Positions 27,093-36,366 are shown, numbered from the stretch's first letter. The stretch: 64,000 bases of DNA from an uncultured Acidobacteriota bacterium (GCA_963733815.1 CAVTEG010000009.1:115580-179579), one strand, 5' to 3'. Notes: a model not told the origin generated them from the sequence alone. Translations and numbers: made by a program.

Positions 27093-28187
27093 ATGCGGAG
27101 CGTCGGCGGGCGGCTGGCGGCGGCGGTGGTATGGGGATGGGCGGCGGCCGGAGCCATGGGAGCCGAGTTCCCCGCCGAGAGGATGTTCGACACGGTCGAC
27201 GTCGCCCCCGGCGTCTACGCGTTCGTTTCCCCCGAGACCAACGGTCCGATTCCGAGCGGCAACGTCGTCGCCGTCGTCGGGGACGACGGAGTGCTCGTCG
27301 TGGACTCGGGACGCTTCCCCACGCTCGCGCGGCGCATCGTGGCGGAGATCCGCCGCCGCACGGACAAGCCGGTCCGCTACGTCGTCCACACGCACTGGCA
27401 TCTCGATCACATCGCCGCCGACAACGTGTTCCGCGAGGCGTTCTCCTCGGCGATCTTCGTGGCGCACGAGTTCACGCGGCGCAAGATCGTGGAGAAACAG
27501 ACGCCTTACGTCCGCGACCTCGCGGCGACGGACGAGGGCTACGTGAAGTACCTCGAGGAACGCATCGCGAGCGGGAAGCGGCGGGACGGGTCGCCGCTCT
27601 CGGACGAGGATCGGCGCCGTCTCGCGAGCCAGATCGGCGATCTGAGGCTGGAGATGGCGGAGCTTTCCGGAGCGTCCGTGGTCGCGCCGTCGTTGACGTT
27701 CGAGTCGGGGCTCGATGTGCATCTGGGCCGACGGGACGTTCGCGTGATGTTCCTCGGCAAAGGGAACACGGCCGGCGACACGGTCGTGGTCGTGCCGGAT
27801 GCGCGCGTGGTCGTGACGGGAGACCTGCTCGTCTCACCCGTGCCGTACGGCTACGGCTGTCATCCCGCCGCCTGGATCGAGACACTCGAGCGCCTGACGT
27901 CTCTGGAGGCCACCGCCATCGTCCCGGGCCACGGTCCGGTGCAGCACGACTGGGAGTACGCGAAGAAGGTTTCCGCGCTGCTCAAGGCGCTGCGCGTGCA
28001 GGTGGCGGAAGCCGTCGCGCAGGGCGCCACGCTCGAGCAAGTCCACGAGCGCGTCGATCTCTCGCAGTTCCGGAAGGACTTCGCCGGCGACCGCGCCGAC
28101 CGCGCGGCCGCCTTTGGCGACTACTTCGAGTACTCGGCGGTGGAGCGGGCGTACCAGGAGGCGACGGGCAAGATGGCGGAGGAGTAG
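27093..28187 (+). CDS. MBL-fold metallo-hydrolase, secreted
   Basis: ATG 27093 after GGGAGG. VVHTHWHLDHIAADN (HxHxDH), GNTAGDTVVVVPD, IVPGHGP. Confidence 0.8.
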   Translation: MRSVGGRLAAAVVWGWAAAGAMGAEFPAERMFDTVDVAPGVYAFVSPETNGPIPSGNVVAVVGDDGVLVVDSGRFPTLARRIVAEIRRRTDKPVRYVVHTHWHLDHIAADNVFREAFSSAIFVAHEFTRRKIVEKQTPYVRDLAATDEGYVKYLEERIASGKRRDGSPLSDEDRRRLASQIGDLRLEMAELSGASVVAPSLTFESGLDVHLGRRDVRVMFLGKGNTAGDTVVVVPDARVVVTGDLLVSPVPYGYGCHPAAWIETLERLTSLEATAIVPGHGPVQHDWEYAKKVSALLKALRVQVAEAVAQGATLEQVHERVDLSQFRKDFAGDRADRAAAFGDYFEYSAVERAYQEATGKMAEE

Positions 28188-28207
28188 CCGAGGCTCCGGA
28201 GCGAGCG

Positions 28208-28768
28208 CTACGCCGTTTCCTGTATCCGGGCGGAAGCGCCGCGACCCTTGCGCGCCGCGATCCGCGCGGCGATGCGACGCACGCACTGCGAGAACCGGTC
28301 GATCTCGGAAACCAGGGGATCGTCGCCTCCCTCGGAGGTCAGCTCGAGCGTGTGGCGGTACGCGATGCGCAGCCGCACGTCCGCCCCCAGAGCCGCCCGA
28401 GAGAGGCTCGAGCCGCCGGCGGCCGGAATGGGTCTTTCGCAGAGCACGTGCTTGCCGGCCCGCGCCGCCCGCATCGCGTACTCCACGTGCAGAGCCTCGG
28501 GAAGGACGACGTAGACGATGTCGACCTCGGCGTTGTGCGCGATGCGGTCGTAGGTGTCGAAACCGTAGACCGCCTCGTCCGGGATCCCGTAGCGGCGCGC
28601 CAGCGTCTCCATCGAGGGCGGATCTCCGCCGACGAGGGCGACCGCACGGGATTCCCGACAACGGGAGAACGCGCGAAGGACCTGGGAGAGCGTTAGTGGA
28701 CCGAGGCCCACGAGCGCCCAGCCCACGCGACCTTCGCGGACCGGGCGCTGCGGCTCTCCCTCGTTCAC
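28208..28768 (-). pseudogene. Gfo/Idh/MocA family oxidoreductase, apparently internally deleted (187 codons)
   Basis: GTG 28768 overlaps the upstream stop (GTGA). N-terminal Rossmann part is intact: VGWALVGLGPLTLSQVLRAFSRCRESRAVALVGGD...VDIVYVVLPEALHVEYAMRAARAGKHVLCE. It then joins almost directly to a C-terminal-like piece (PLVSEIDRFSQCV). Confidence 0.5.
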
Positions 28769-29085
28769 CGGGATCCGGCCGGCGCGTTGGCGGGAGGCAT
28801 CGAGCACCGATAGGCCGTGCCTTGCCGCGCGTCGTCGCTGGTGATCAGCAGATAGTTCGCGCCTTTTTCCCGAGCCATGTTCGTCAGGTGCTGCTGCGCC
28901 TCGACGTCCGAAACTTTTTCGTCCGCCTTGATGGTCTCGACCTTGACGTCGTCGATCTTCTGGCAACTCGCCACGACCGACGGGTCTTTCGTCACGGCGA
29001 TCGATTCGAAGCCGTTCTTCGCGCACGCGCCCACCACGAGAGCTGCCGCCATCACACTCAAAAATATCAGGGAATACCGTTTCAT
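28765..29085 (-). CDS. small lipoprotein (DUF4156-like)
   Basis: RBS GGAGGA. Lipobox in MKRYSLIFLSVMAAALVVGAC. ...MAREKGANYLLITSDDARQGTAYRC. Confidence 0.6.
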   Translation of the reverse strand: MKRYSLIFLSVMAAALVVGACAKNGFESIAVTKDPSVVASCQKIDDVKVETIKADEKVSDVEAQQHLTNMAREKGANYLLITSDDARQGTAYRCSMPPANAPAGSR

Positions 29086-29151
29086 TTCCTATGATCCTCC
29101 ACGGGGTATCCCTGCAAGAGCCGCGCCCGTCGCGAAACCGTACAAAACCTG

Positions 29152-29907
29152 CTAACGGAGGAGCCGCGCGATTGCGGTTTCGGCCTCGGAGTGAAGCGTG
29201 GGAGGCGCCCCGTAGAAGGCCTCGGCGGCGCGGCCCTGCCGGTCGAAGAGGAGCAGCGTGGGCACGGCGTTGACGTCGCCGAAGGCCCGCGCGATCTCGG
29301 GCGTTCCCATCGCCCAGAAGAGCGGCAGCTGAAGCTGCCCGGTGAGCTTGCGGACGTCGTTCTCCTGTGACTCGACGGCGAGAGCGAGGATCTCGAGCCC
29401 GTCGCCATGGCGCTTCTTCAGGTCGCCGAGCCAGCCCAGCGTGCCGCGGCAGGGCGGACACCAGGTCGCCCAGAGCTCGACGAGCACGACTTTTCCAAGA
29501 AGATCCTTACCCGCGACGCCGCGGCCGTCGAGTCCCGGGATCGTGACCGCGGGAAACGCGGCGACGGCCGCAGAGGCGCGCGGCGATGCCACCGTCCGCG
29601 CATCCTCTTTGCGGCCCGCGAGGACGAGGCCGATCATCTTGGAGAGGTCATCGTGGAAGCGCCGGTGGGCCTCGGCGCTCTTCAAAGGAGCGTAGCGTCC
29701 GCCCTTCTCCTTCGCGTCCTTTCCGTAGAAGCCGAAATCGTTGGGTGTGGCGACGAGCACGTCGTCGACGAAGATCGCCGGATATCGCGTGACGCCGAAT
29801 CGCTTCGCGAGGGCCGAGTCGCCGTAGTTTTCGGCGACGAAGCGCGCCTGTCCGCCGAACTCGGCCACCGCGCTCTGGGCCAGCAAACTTGCCGGATCGG
29901 AGATGTT
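29152..29907 (-). CDS. tandem thioredoxin-fold region (active-site-less/Sec-type Trx fold + TlpA/ResA-like WCPPC redoxin); probably the C-terminal part of one 29152..31008 product
   Basis: In frame with ORF 29908..31029, separated only by a TGA. No ATG/GTG start, SD or signal peptide of its own. KVVLVELWATWCPPCRGTLGWL...VPTLLLFDRQG. Confidence 0.6.
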   Translation of the reverse strand, partial: NISDPASLLAQSAVAEFGGQARFVAENYGDSALAKRFGVTRYPAIFVDDVLVATPNDFGFYGKDAKEKGGRYAPLKSAEAHRRFHDDLSKMIGLVLAGRKEDARTVASPRASAAVAAFPAVTIPGLDGRGVAGKDLLGKVVLVELWATWCPPCRGTLGWLGDLKKRHGDGLEILALAVESQENDVRKLTGQLQLPLFWAMGTPEIARAFGDVNAVPTLLLFDRQGRAAEAFYGAPPTLHSEAETAIARLLR

Positions 29908-31008
29908 TCACGTGTACGGCCAGCGCACCAGCGTGACCGTGACCCGTGCCGGCGGGCGCGGCGGCACGGGGCGCGCCGGCGAAAGGGCCGCGAAGTACGC
30001 CGGCAGGACCTCCGTAGCGATCGCCGGGGCCCGCTCGAGCGCCGGCTTCCTCTGATCGAGCTCCGCCTGCGCGCTCTCGAGGAAGGTCCGGCCGATCGTG
30101 TGGTCGACGCCCGGCTCGGCGAGAGCGCGGCCGAGCTCCGCGAGCCGCGCGGACAGAGCCTCGGCCGCGACCGGCGCCGATGCCGGCGACAACAGCGCGA
30201 CCGCCTGGACCGTCTGGAGGTACCGCAGCATCGCTCCGTACCGCAGGCCCGCGACGTCGAGCTCGCGCGCCTCCTTCAGCCGGGAGCTGGCCCCGATGAA
30301 ATCCGAGTGGCGATCGATCGAGGCCGGCGGCTGATAGGCGGCGAGCAAGCGCGCCTCGAGCGCGTCGAGCTCGGGAACCAGGGACCGCAGGGGAGGGGAT
30401 TTGCCTTGCGTGTCCTCGGACAGCCGCCGGCACAGCGCGGCGAGCTCCCCCTGGGCGCGCGCCTCGCCGATGTAGAAGAGGCCGGCGTCCGGCATGGTGT
30501 TGCGCGCGTACTCGAGGCTCGTGTCGTAGAAGATCTTGACCTGGGGGAGCGAGGCTTCCCCCGTGGCGCGTACGGCGGCGGGCCGCACCCCGTCGAAAGA
30601 CGCCGCGGCAGGCATCGTGAGGCCCGCGCGGAGAACGCCGCCCATCCGTTCCCGCTCGCGCTCGAACGCCGCTTCGTCCTTGCGCTCGCTTTCGGAGCGC
30701 TCGTCGACGTAGGCCGAAGCGGAGAGCAGCATCCGCGCCGCGGCGAGACGCTGAAGAGCGAAGTTCCGGCGCCCGGCCGCGAGCGCCGCGCGCGCCTCCG
30801 CGAGCGCCGGCCCCGTGGCTTTCTGAACGTTCGCCCAGTCTTCGTCGCTCGACCTGTGCTCCCTCGCGAAACGAGACCAGCGGTCGATCTCCTCCGCGAG
30901 CGGGTCGGCGCGCGTCCCCGGCGAGGCACGCGAGGAGACCTGCGTGCCCAGAGTCGCGGCCGAGATCGCCAGGGCCGCGCCGATGAAGAACGCTCGCCGC
31001 ATGCGCAT
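29908..31008 (-). CDS. secreted helical protein of unknown function ending at an in-frame TGA (29908..29910)
   Basis: ATG 31008: MRMRRAFFIGAALAISAATLG signal peptide. Ala/Leu/Arg-rich helical body. The last residues RVTVTLVRWPYT look like beta-strand 1 of the Trx fold that continues after the TGA. Confidence 0.6.
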   Translation of the reverse strand: MRMRRAFFIGAALAISAATLGTQVSSRASPGTRADPLAEEIDRWSRFAREHRSSDEDWANVQKATGPALAEARAALAAGRRNFALQRLAAARMLLSASAYVDERSESERKDEAAFERERERMGGVLRAGLTMPAAASFDGVRPAAVRATGEASLPQVKIFYDTSLEYARNTMPDAGLFYIGEARAQGELAALCRRLSEDTQGKSPPLRSLVPELDALEARLLAAYQPPASIDRHSDFIGASSRLKEARELDVAGLRYGAMLRYLQTVQAVALLSPASAPVAAEALSARLAELGRALAEPGVDHTIGRTFLESAQAELDQRKPALERAPAIATEVLPAYFAALSPARPVPPRPPARVTVTLVRWPYT

Positions 31009-31130
31009 GACTGCGTGCGACTTAAGCACATCCGCGCCGAGAACGTCCCTCGTCCGCCGGCCGCGGCCGTTCGTCCGCGCCCTGTGGGCGATCGTGTCCG
31101 GGGGGTCTCCGGCGGGCGTAGGATCCCGCG

Positions 31131-31970
31131 GTGCCCCGCCCGGACGCGACGACGCCGGAAAGAGTCGTTCTCGTGACGGGAGCGACGTCGGGAATCGGCC
31201 TGGAGACGGCGCGCGCGCTCGCGCGCGAAGGCGCGCTCGTCATCCTCGGCGCGCGCGACCCGGTGCGCGGACAGGCGGTCGCGGATGAGATCGAGCGAGG
31301 CGGAGGCCGGGCGGAGGTTCTTCCGATCGATCTCGCATCCTTCGCCTCGGTGCGGGAAGCGGCGCGGCGGTTCCTCGAGGCGCACCGGAGGCTCGACGTC
31401 CTCGTCAACAACGCCGGTGTCGCGCTTCGCTCCCGACAGGTCACGGCCGACGATCACGAGCGGACCTGGGAGACCAATTTTCTCGGCGGCTTTCTGCTGA
31501 CGCGCCTGCTGCTGCCGGCGCTGAAGGCGGCGCCGCGGCCCCGCGTGGTCAACGTCAGCTCGGAGGCTCATCGCACGGGGCGGATCGACTGGAGCAATCT
31601 CGAGCTCGAGAAAGGCTACGGCGCCTATCAGGCCTACGCAAACACCAAGCTCGCACAGGTTCTCTTCACGCGAGAGCTCGCGCGGCGCGAGCCCCGTGTG
31701 GGCGTCAACGCGGTCCACCCCGGCACGATCGCCACGAGCATCTGGCGCGAGCTGCCGGCGTGGTTGCGCTGGCTTCCGCGCTTCCTGTTCCCGTCGGCGG
31801 TCAAGGGCGCCGCACCGGTGTTGCGCCTGGCCTCGTCGCCGGATCTCGACGGCGTGACCGGCCGCTACTTCAAGAAGCTCCGCGAGGCTTCTCCCACCTT
31901 TGCCGGCCGCAACGACGCGGATGCGGCCCGGCTCTGGGAGACCGCGTCGAAGGCGACGGGCGCGCCCTGA
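31131..31970 (+). CDS. SDR family oxidoreductase
   Basis: VVLVTGATSGIGLETARAL, LVNNAGV, VNVSSEAH, YQAYANTKLA (TGxxxGxG, NNAG, YxxxK). Confidence 0.85.
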   Translation: MPRPDATTPERVVLVTGATSGIGLETARALAREGALVILGARDPVRGQAVADEIERGGGRAEVLPIDLASFASVREAARRFLEAHRRLDVLVNNAGVALRSRQVTADDHERTWETNFLGGFLLTRLLLPALKAAPRPRVVNVSSEAHRTGRIDWSNLELEKGYGAYQAYANTKLAQVLFTRELARREPRVGVNAVHPGTIATSIWRELPAWLRWLPRFLFPSAVKGAAPVLRLASSPDLDGVTGRYFKKLREASPTFAGRNDADAARLWETASKATGAP

Positions 31971-32059
31971 TCTGCCGCGGTGGCCCGGGTCTTGCTCCAT
32001 GAGGCGCGGAGACGAGGTGCGCCCTGTATGCGGCGCCCCCGCACGAGAAAGGAGGACGC

Positions 32060-32494
32060 ATGGCCGCCGTACCTCGCCGTGCTTCCGAGTTCGTTTACGC
32101 ACTCACGCGGGTCGTCGTGGGCCTGCTCTTCGCCTGCCATGGCGCGCAGAAGCTTTTCGGCGCGCTGGGAGGCGAGCGCGCCGGCGAGCCGCTCATAATC
32201 TTCGCCGGCGTGATCGAGTTCTTCGGCGGACTCCTGATGGCTGTGGGACTGGCGACGCGTGTCGCTGCCTTCCTGTCGTCCGGCGAGATGGCCGTGGCGT
32301 ACTTCAAGGCCCACGCGCCCGGCGGGTTCTGGCCGATCCAGAACAAGGGCGAGCTCGCCATGGTCTACTGCTTCCTCTTCCTTCTGATCGGGACGCTGGG
32401 AGGTGGCCGCTACTCGATCGACGCGCTCATCCGCGCGCGCCGGCCGCCCGAGCACGGCCTCGGCGAAGCGGCGCTGCGCATGGCGAATCGGTAA
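32060..32494 (+). CDS. DoxX family membrane protein
   Basis: RBS AGGAGGA. RVVVGLLFACHGAQKLFG...FAGVIEFFGGLLMAVGLATRVAAFL. Confidence 0.8.
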   Translation: MAAVPRRASEFVYALTRVVVGLLFACHGAQKLFGALGGERAGEPLIIFAGVIEFFGGLLMAVGLATRVAAFLSSGEMAVAYFKAHAPGGFWPIQNKGELAMVYCFLFLLIGTLGGGRYSIDALIRARRPPEHGLGEAALRMANR

Positions 32495-32552
32495 CACGTC
32501 GCCTTCGCTTGCGAGGAGACCTGCGCCTCCATCGCGGCGACTCACCAGCGTC

Positions 32553-32957
32553 TCACCATCCGGCGCACCGGGCCGCGGCTCGCGGAACACGCTCGACCGC
32601 GGCCCTGGTCTCCTCGCTGCGCTCCGGCTCCCGCGGCGCGAACCTCTTCCCCCCCTTCGGTCGGGAGACTATTCGCGCCGCGAGGTTCTCGCGCCAGGCT
32701 CCCGGCAGGAACATGCGAAACGTCGAAGACGGCATGTGCGTCGCGAGGTTGACCACGGCGTCCTGGCCGGAGACGGCGCGGGCCACCGCGTGGGGATCGA
32801 ACAGGTCGAGGTCCACGGCGGCCGCTCCGGCGCGTTCGAGGGCGGCCCGCTTCTCGGGGGTCCGCGCCGCGGCCGCGACGAGGTGACCCGCCGCGGCCAG
32901 CAGCGGAACGACGCGGCGCCCGACGACGCCGCTGGCGCCGGTGACCAGAACTCGCAA
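32553..32957 (-). pseudogene. NAD(P)-binding (NmrA/epimerase-like) protein, truncated to the N-terminal about 100 residues
   Basis: TTG 32957 after GGAAGGAA. LRVLVTGASGVVGRRVVPLLAAAGHLVAAAARTPEKRAALERAGAAAVDLDLFD...VVNLATHMP...PGAWREN. Family-like sequence is then lost and a stop occurs after 135 codons. Confidence 0.45.
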
Positions 32958-32980
32958 GGTTCCTTCCCGATATCTCCTCG

Positions 32981-33403
32981 TTATTCCAGCTTCGCGTCCA
33001 TCGTGATGCGGGCTTTCAGGAGTCGGGAGATGGGGCAGTTCTTCTCGGCGGACTCGGCGGCCTGCCGGAAAGCGTCGCTCGAAGCTCCCGGGACCTTTCC
33101 GACGAGCTCGAGATGCGACTCGGTAATGGTCCAGCCGGCGCCGTCCTTGTCGAGCGAAACCGTCGCCGTCGTGCGCAGGCTCTCGGCGACCAGGTTGGCT
33201 TTCCCGAGCTCGGCGGAAAGCGCCATCGTGAAGCACCCGGCGTGAGCGGCCGCGACCAGCTCTTCGGGGTTGGTTCCCTTTCCGTCTTCGAAGCGGGTCG
33301 TGAACGAATAGGGGGTTTCCTGGAGAATTCCGCTGTCGGTCGAAAGCGATCCCTTGCCCGTCTTCAGGTCCCCGCGCCATTGCGCCGTTGCTCGCCGCTT
33401 CAT
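32981..33403 (-). CDS. osmC: OsmC family peroxiredoxin
   Basis: ATG 33403 after AGGAGG. KRRATAQWRGDLKTGKGSLSTDSG...GTNPEELVAAAHAGCFTMAL...AEKNCPISRLL. Confidence 0.85.
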   Translation of the reverse strand: MKRRATAQWRGDLKTGKGSLSTDSGILQETPYSFTTRFEDGKGTNPEELVAAAHAGCFTMALSAELGKANLVAESLRTTATVSLDKDGAGWTITESHLELVGKVPGASSDAFRQAAESAEKNCPISRLLKARITMDAKLE

Positions 33404-33463
33404 CGCCGTCCTCCTGTCTGGAAGCCTTTCATTCAAGAATCGCGCCGGGACGTTTCGTCACGG

Positions 33464-33493
33464 TTGACGCCGCGGATTCGGCGTCGATAGATT
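33464..33493 (+). promoter_or_regulatory. sigma-70-like promoter candidate (TTGACG-N18-TAGATT)
   Basis: Lies in the divergent osmC / carbonic-anhydrase intergenic region, about 180 nt upstream of the ATG at 33673. Confidence 0.3.
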
Positions 33494-33672
33494 CATCCGC
33501 GTGAACCGTCGTCTGGTTCTCGCCCGTGGCGGCCGTCGCTGTTGCTGTAGCGGCGTCGCGGCGGAGCGCACGTAACCCGGCCGCGCCCGGCGGGTTCCGC
33601 TCCGATCCGCGACGGCGTCCCGGCACATTGGTGTCACTCGAATCGAAACACCGAATCCGGAAAGGACGATTC

Positions 33673-34332
33673 ATGAGCAAGATTCTCAAGGAAGTTCTGG
33701 CCGCCAACGACCGGTACGCCGCCGACTTCGGCGAGCGCGCGGGGCTGGCCATGCCGCCCGCGCGCAAGTTCGCGATCCTGACCTGCATGGACGCGCGACT
33801 GGACCCGGCCAAGTTCGCCGGGTTGTCCGAGGGCGACGCGCACGTCATCCGCAACGCCGGCGGCCGTGCGAGCGACGACGCGATTCGATCGCTCGTCATC
33901 TCCTACAAGCTGCTGGGAACTCGGGAGTGGTTCGTCATCCACCACACCGGGTGCGGCATGGAAACATTCAAGGACGACGACATCCGCCGGCTGCTCGCGA
34001 GCAGCCTGAAGACGGCGAGCCTCGGCTCGGACGGCTGGAAGGATCCCGGAGGCGGCGAAGGGTCGGTCGAGGCCGACTTCGTGGACTGGCTGACGATCGG
34101 GAATCGGGAGATGAGCGTCGAAGCCGACGTCCAGCGCATCCGGAGCCATCCGCTGGTCCCGCGGGACATTCCGATTCACGGGTTTCTCTTCGACGTGAAG
34201 ACCGGCAAGTTGAATCCGGTGGAGACCGGCGACAAGCGTCGTCCGCCAGCTGCGGCCCCCAGGCCCTCGGGCTATTCGGCGCGCAGGGCCGCCGCGGGGT
34301 CGATCCGGGCCGCGCGCCGCGCGGGAACGTAG
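33673..34332 (+). CDS. beta-class carbonic anhydrase-like protein
   Basis: ATG 33673 after [38 protein letters not shown] (CxDxR...HxxC zinc ligands). The last 35 codons or so run antisense through the permease remnant, so the stop may be displaced. Confidence 0.75.
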   Translation: MSKILKEVLAANDRYAADFGERAGLAMPPARKFAILTCMDARLDPAKFAGLSEGDAHVIRNAGGRASDDAIRSLVISYKLLGTREWFVIHHTGCGMETFKDDDIRRLLASSLKTASLGSDGWKDPGGGEGSVEADFVDWLTIGNREMSVEADVQRIRSHPLVPRDIPIHGFLFDVKTGKLNPVETGDKRRPPAAAPRPSGYSARRAAAGSIRAARRAGT

Positions 34333-34587
34333 CTCGCGATCAGCGCGATCGCGAGCAGTCCCGCGGCCACGGCGGCGTAGGTCCGACGCTCCCGGTCTCC
34401 GCGGTCCAGACGATGCCGGGGATCGTCTCGCAACGAGGGCCTCGTTGCCGAGCTCGCGGCGTGCGGCCGTCTCGGCGGCCTCGGGCGCTTCGCCGCGGGC
34501 CACGCGATCGGCCGCCGCCATGCGGACGTGCGCCCGGATCTCTTCGTCGAGCTCGTGTTCGCGCCGCCTCCGGAAAAAGTCGAGCAT
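34272..34587 (-). pseudogene. collapsed remnant of an ADOP/FtsX-type permease (N-terminal prefix joined to C-terminal tail)
   Basis: MLDFFRRRREHELDEEIRAHVRMAAADRVARGEAPEAAETAARRELGNEALV (prefix-domain pattern, ORF 33634..34587). After one frame change: [35 protein letters not shown]-stop (ORF 34272..34595). The end matches the intact paralog's ...[21 protein letters not shown] at 38969. Confidence 0.65.
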
Positions 34588-34854
34588 GGAGACATCCTAC
34601 AGCCATGGATGCAGACAGCCTACATCCTTGAAGGGATACGCCGACATGGCCTCGAGGTTTCGCACCCGTTGACGCGCGGCCCTTCGCGGGCGTAGCCTTT
34701 TCCTCGCGCCGCACTCCGGCCGTCACCCGCCCGATCCGACCCCTCTTCGGATCCTCGGCGCGGGGAAAAGGGGGATGTCCCCGGAGATGGGTTGGTTTGT
34801 CTTTGACCGCGGCTGGCGCGGAGAGGGGACGCGGCAACCGCCGTCGAGGACGAC

Positions 34855-35424
34855 ATGCCGACCAACCTGAAAAAACTGGTTCGGGCCCGGATGGGGAAGA
34901 CCGGGGAAAGCTATGCCACGGCGCTGCGTTACGTGCGCCGGCGCGCCGCGAGGCTTCGACCCGTGGAATCTCCGTCGAACGCTCCGGTCCGTTGCGCCCG
35001 CATTCGGTATCGCGACGCCGTCCGCCGCGACCCGGCGATCGACGCCTACGTGCGCTCGGTCGAGTCCCCGCTCGGTGCCACGCTCGCGCGGCTCGTCTCT
35101 CTCATCCGCTCGTCCGTGTCGGGGCACGACGAAGTGCTGTTTCGGGGCGCGCCTTCCTTCTGCCTCCAGGGCGAGCCGTTCTGCTACCTCGTCGGTTATC
35201 CCAAACACGTGAAGCTGGGCTTCTGCGACGGAGCCTCGCTGTCGGATCCGGCCGGATTGCTCCGGGGCAAGGGCAAGTACATGCGGCACGTCCCGCTCGC
35301 GCCCGGAGAGACCTTTCCGGGGGCCGCGATCGCGCACCTCGTCGCGCAGTCGGCACGCCGCGTGCGCGCGCGCCAGAAAGAAGACCCGCACGGTGCCGGG
35401 GAGGTGCGCGATGCGCGCAAGTAG
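34855..35424 (+). CDS. DUF1801 (YdhG-like) domain protein
   Basis: DPAIDAYVRSVESPLGATLARLVSLIRSSV...GAPSFCLQGEPFCYLVGYPKHVKLGF. Confidence 0.6.
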   Translation: MPTNLKKLVRARMGKTGESYATALRYVRRRAARLRPVESPSNAPVRCARIRYRDAVRRDPAIDAYVRSVESPLGATLARLVSLIRSSVSGHDEVLFRGAPSFCLQGEPFCYLVGYPKHVKLGFCDGASLSDPAGLLRGKGKYMRHVPLAPGETFPGAAIAHLVAQSARRVRARQKEDPHGAGEVRDARK

Positions 35425-36363
35425 GACACGGGCCCGTCTTCCGCTGGAGGGCCGGGTCGCGCTGGTGGCCGGCGCGACGCGCGGGGCCGGCCGCGGAATC
35501 GCCTGCATGCTGGGCGAAGCCGGCGCCACGGTCTATTGCTCGGGCCGGAGCACGCGCGGGAATCCGCCGCGCGAGGGCCCCTATGCGGGCCGTCCCGAAA
35601 CGATCGAGGAGACCGCGGAGATGGTGACGGCGCGTGGAGGCGTCGGAATCGCCACGCGCACGGACCATCTCGTGATCGAAGAAGTGCGGGAGCTCGTCGA
35701 CAGTATCCGGCGCGAGCAGGGTCGGCTCGACCTCCTGGTCAACGACATCTCCGAAGGTGTCCTCCACGACTGGAAGCCATTCTGGAAGGTCTCGCTCGAG
35801 AAGGGATTCCGAGCGCTCCGGCAGGGAGTGCAGTCGCACATCGTCACCAGCCACTGCGCCGCGCCCCTGATGATCGAGAACAGGGGCGGCCTGATCGTGG
35901 AGATCACCGACGGCGACTCTCTCGGTTACCGCACGACGCTGTTCTACGACCTCGTCAAGATCAACGTGAACCGCCTCGCCTTCGCGATGGCCAACGAGCT
36001 CGCGAAGTACGGCGTGGCGGCGGTCGCCGTCACGCCGGGATTCATGCGCACCGAGATGATCCTGGACCGCTTCGGCGTCACCGAGGCGAACTGGAAAGAC
36101 GGCGTGAAGAAGGACCAGCACTTCGCGCAGTCCGAGACGCCGTTCTTCGTGGGACGCGCGGTCGCGGCGCTGGCCGCGGATCCGAGAGTCATGGCAAAGT
36201 CGGGGGTGTGTTCGCGTCCTGGACGCTGTCGGACGAGTACGGCTTTACCGACGTCGACGGCGCTCGGCCGCACTGGGGCAAGTACGCGGCCGGACGCTTC
36301 GACGAGATGCTCGCGTCGAAAGTCCCGTTCGACTGGACGCTGGTGCGGAAGGCGGACACCTAG
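35411..36363 (+). pseudogene. SDR family oxidoreductase, one frame change at a G5 run (36202..36206)
   Basis: GRVALVAGATRGAGRGIACMLGEAGATVYCSGR...LLVNDI...YDLVKINVNRLAFAMANEL. The C-terminus GVFASWTLSDEYGFTDVDGARPHWGKY...TLVRKADT continues in the frame of ORF 35536..36363. Confidence 0.75.
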
Positions 36364-36366
36364 AGC

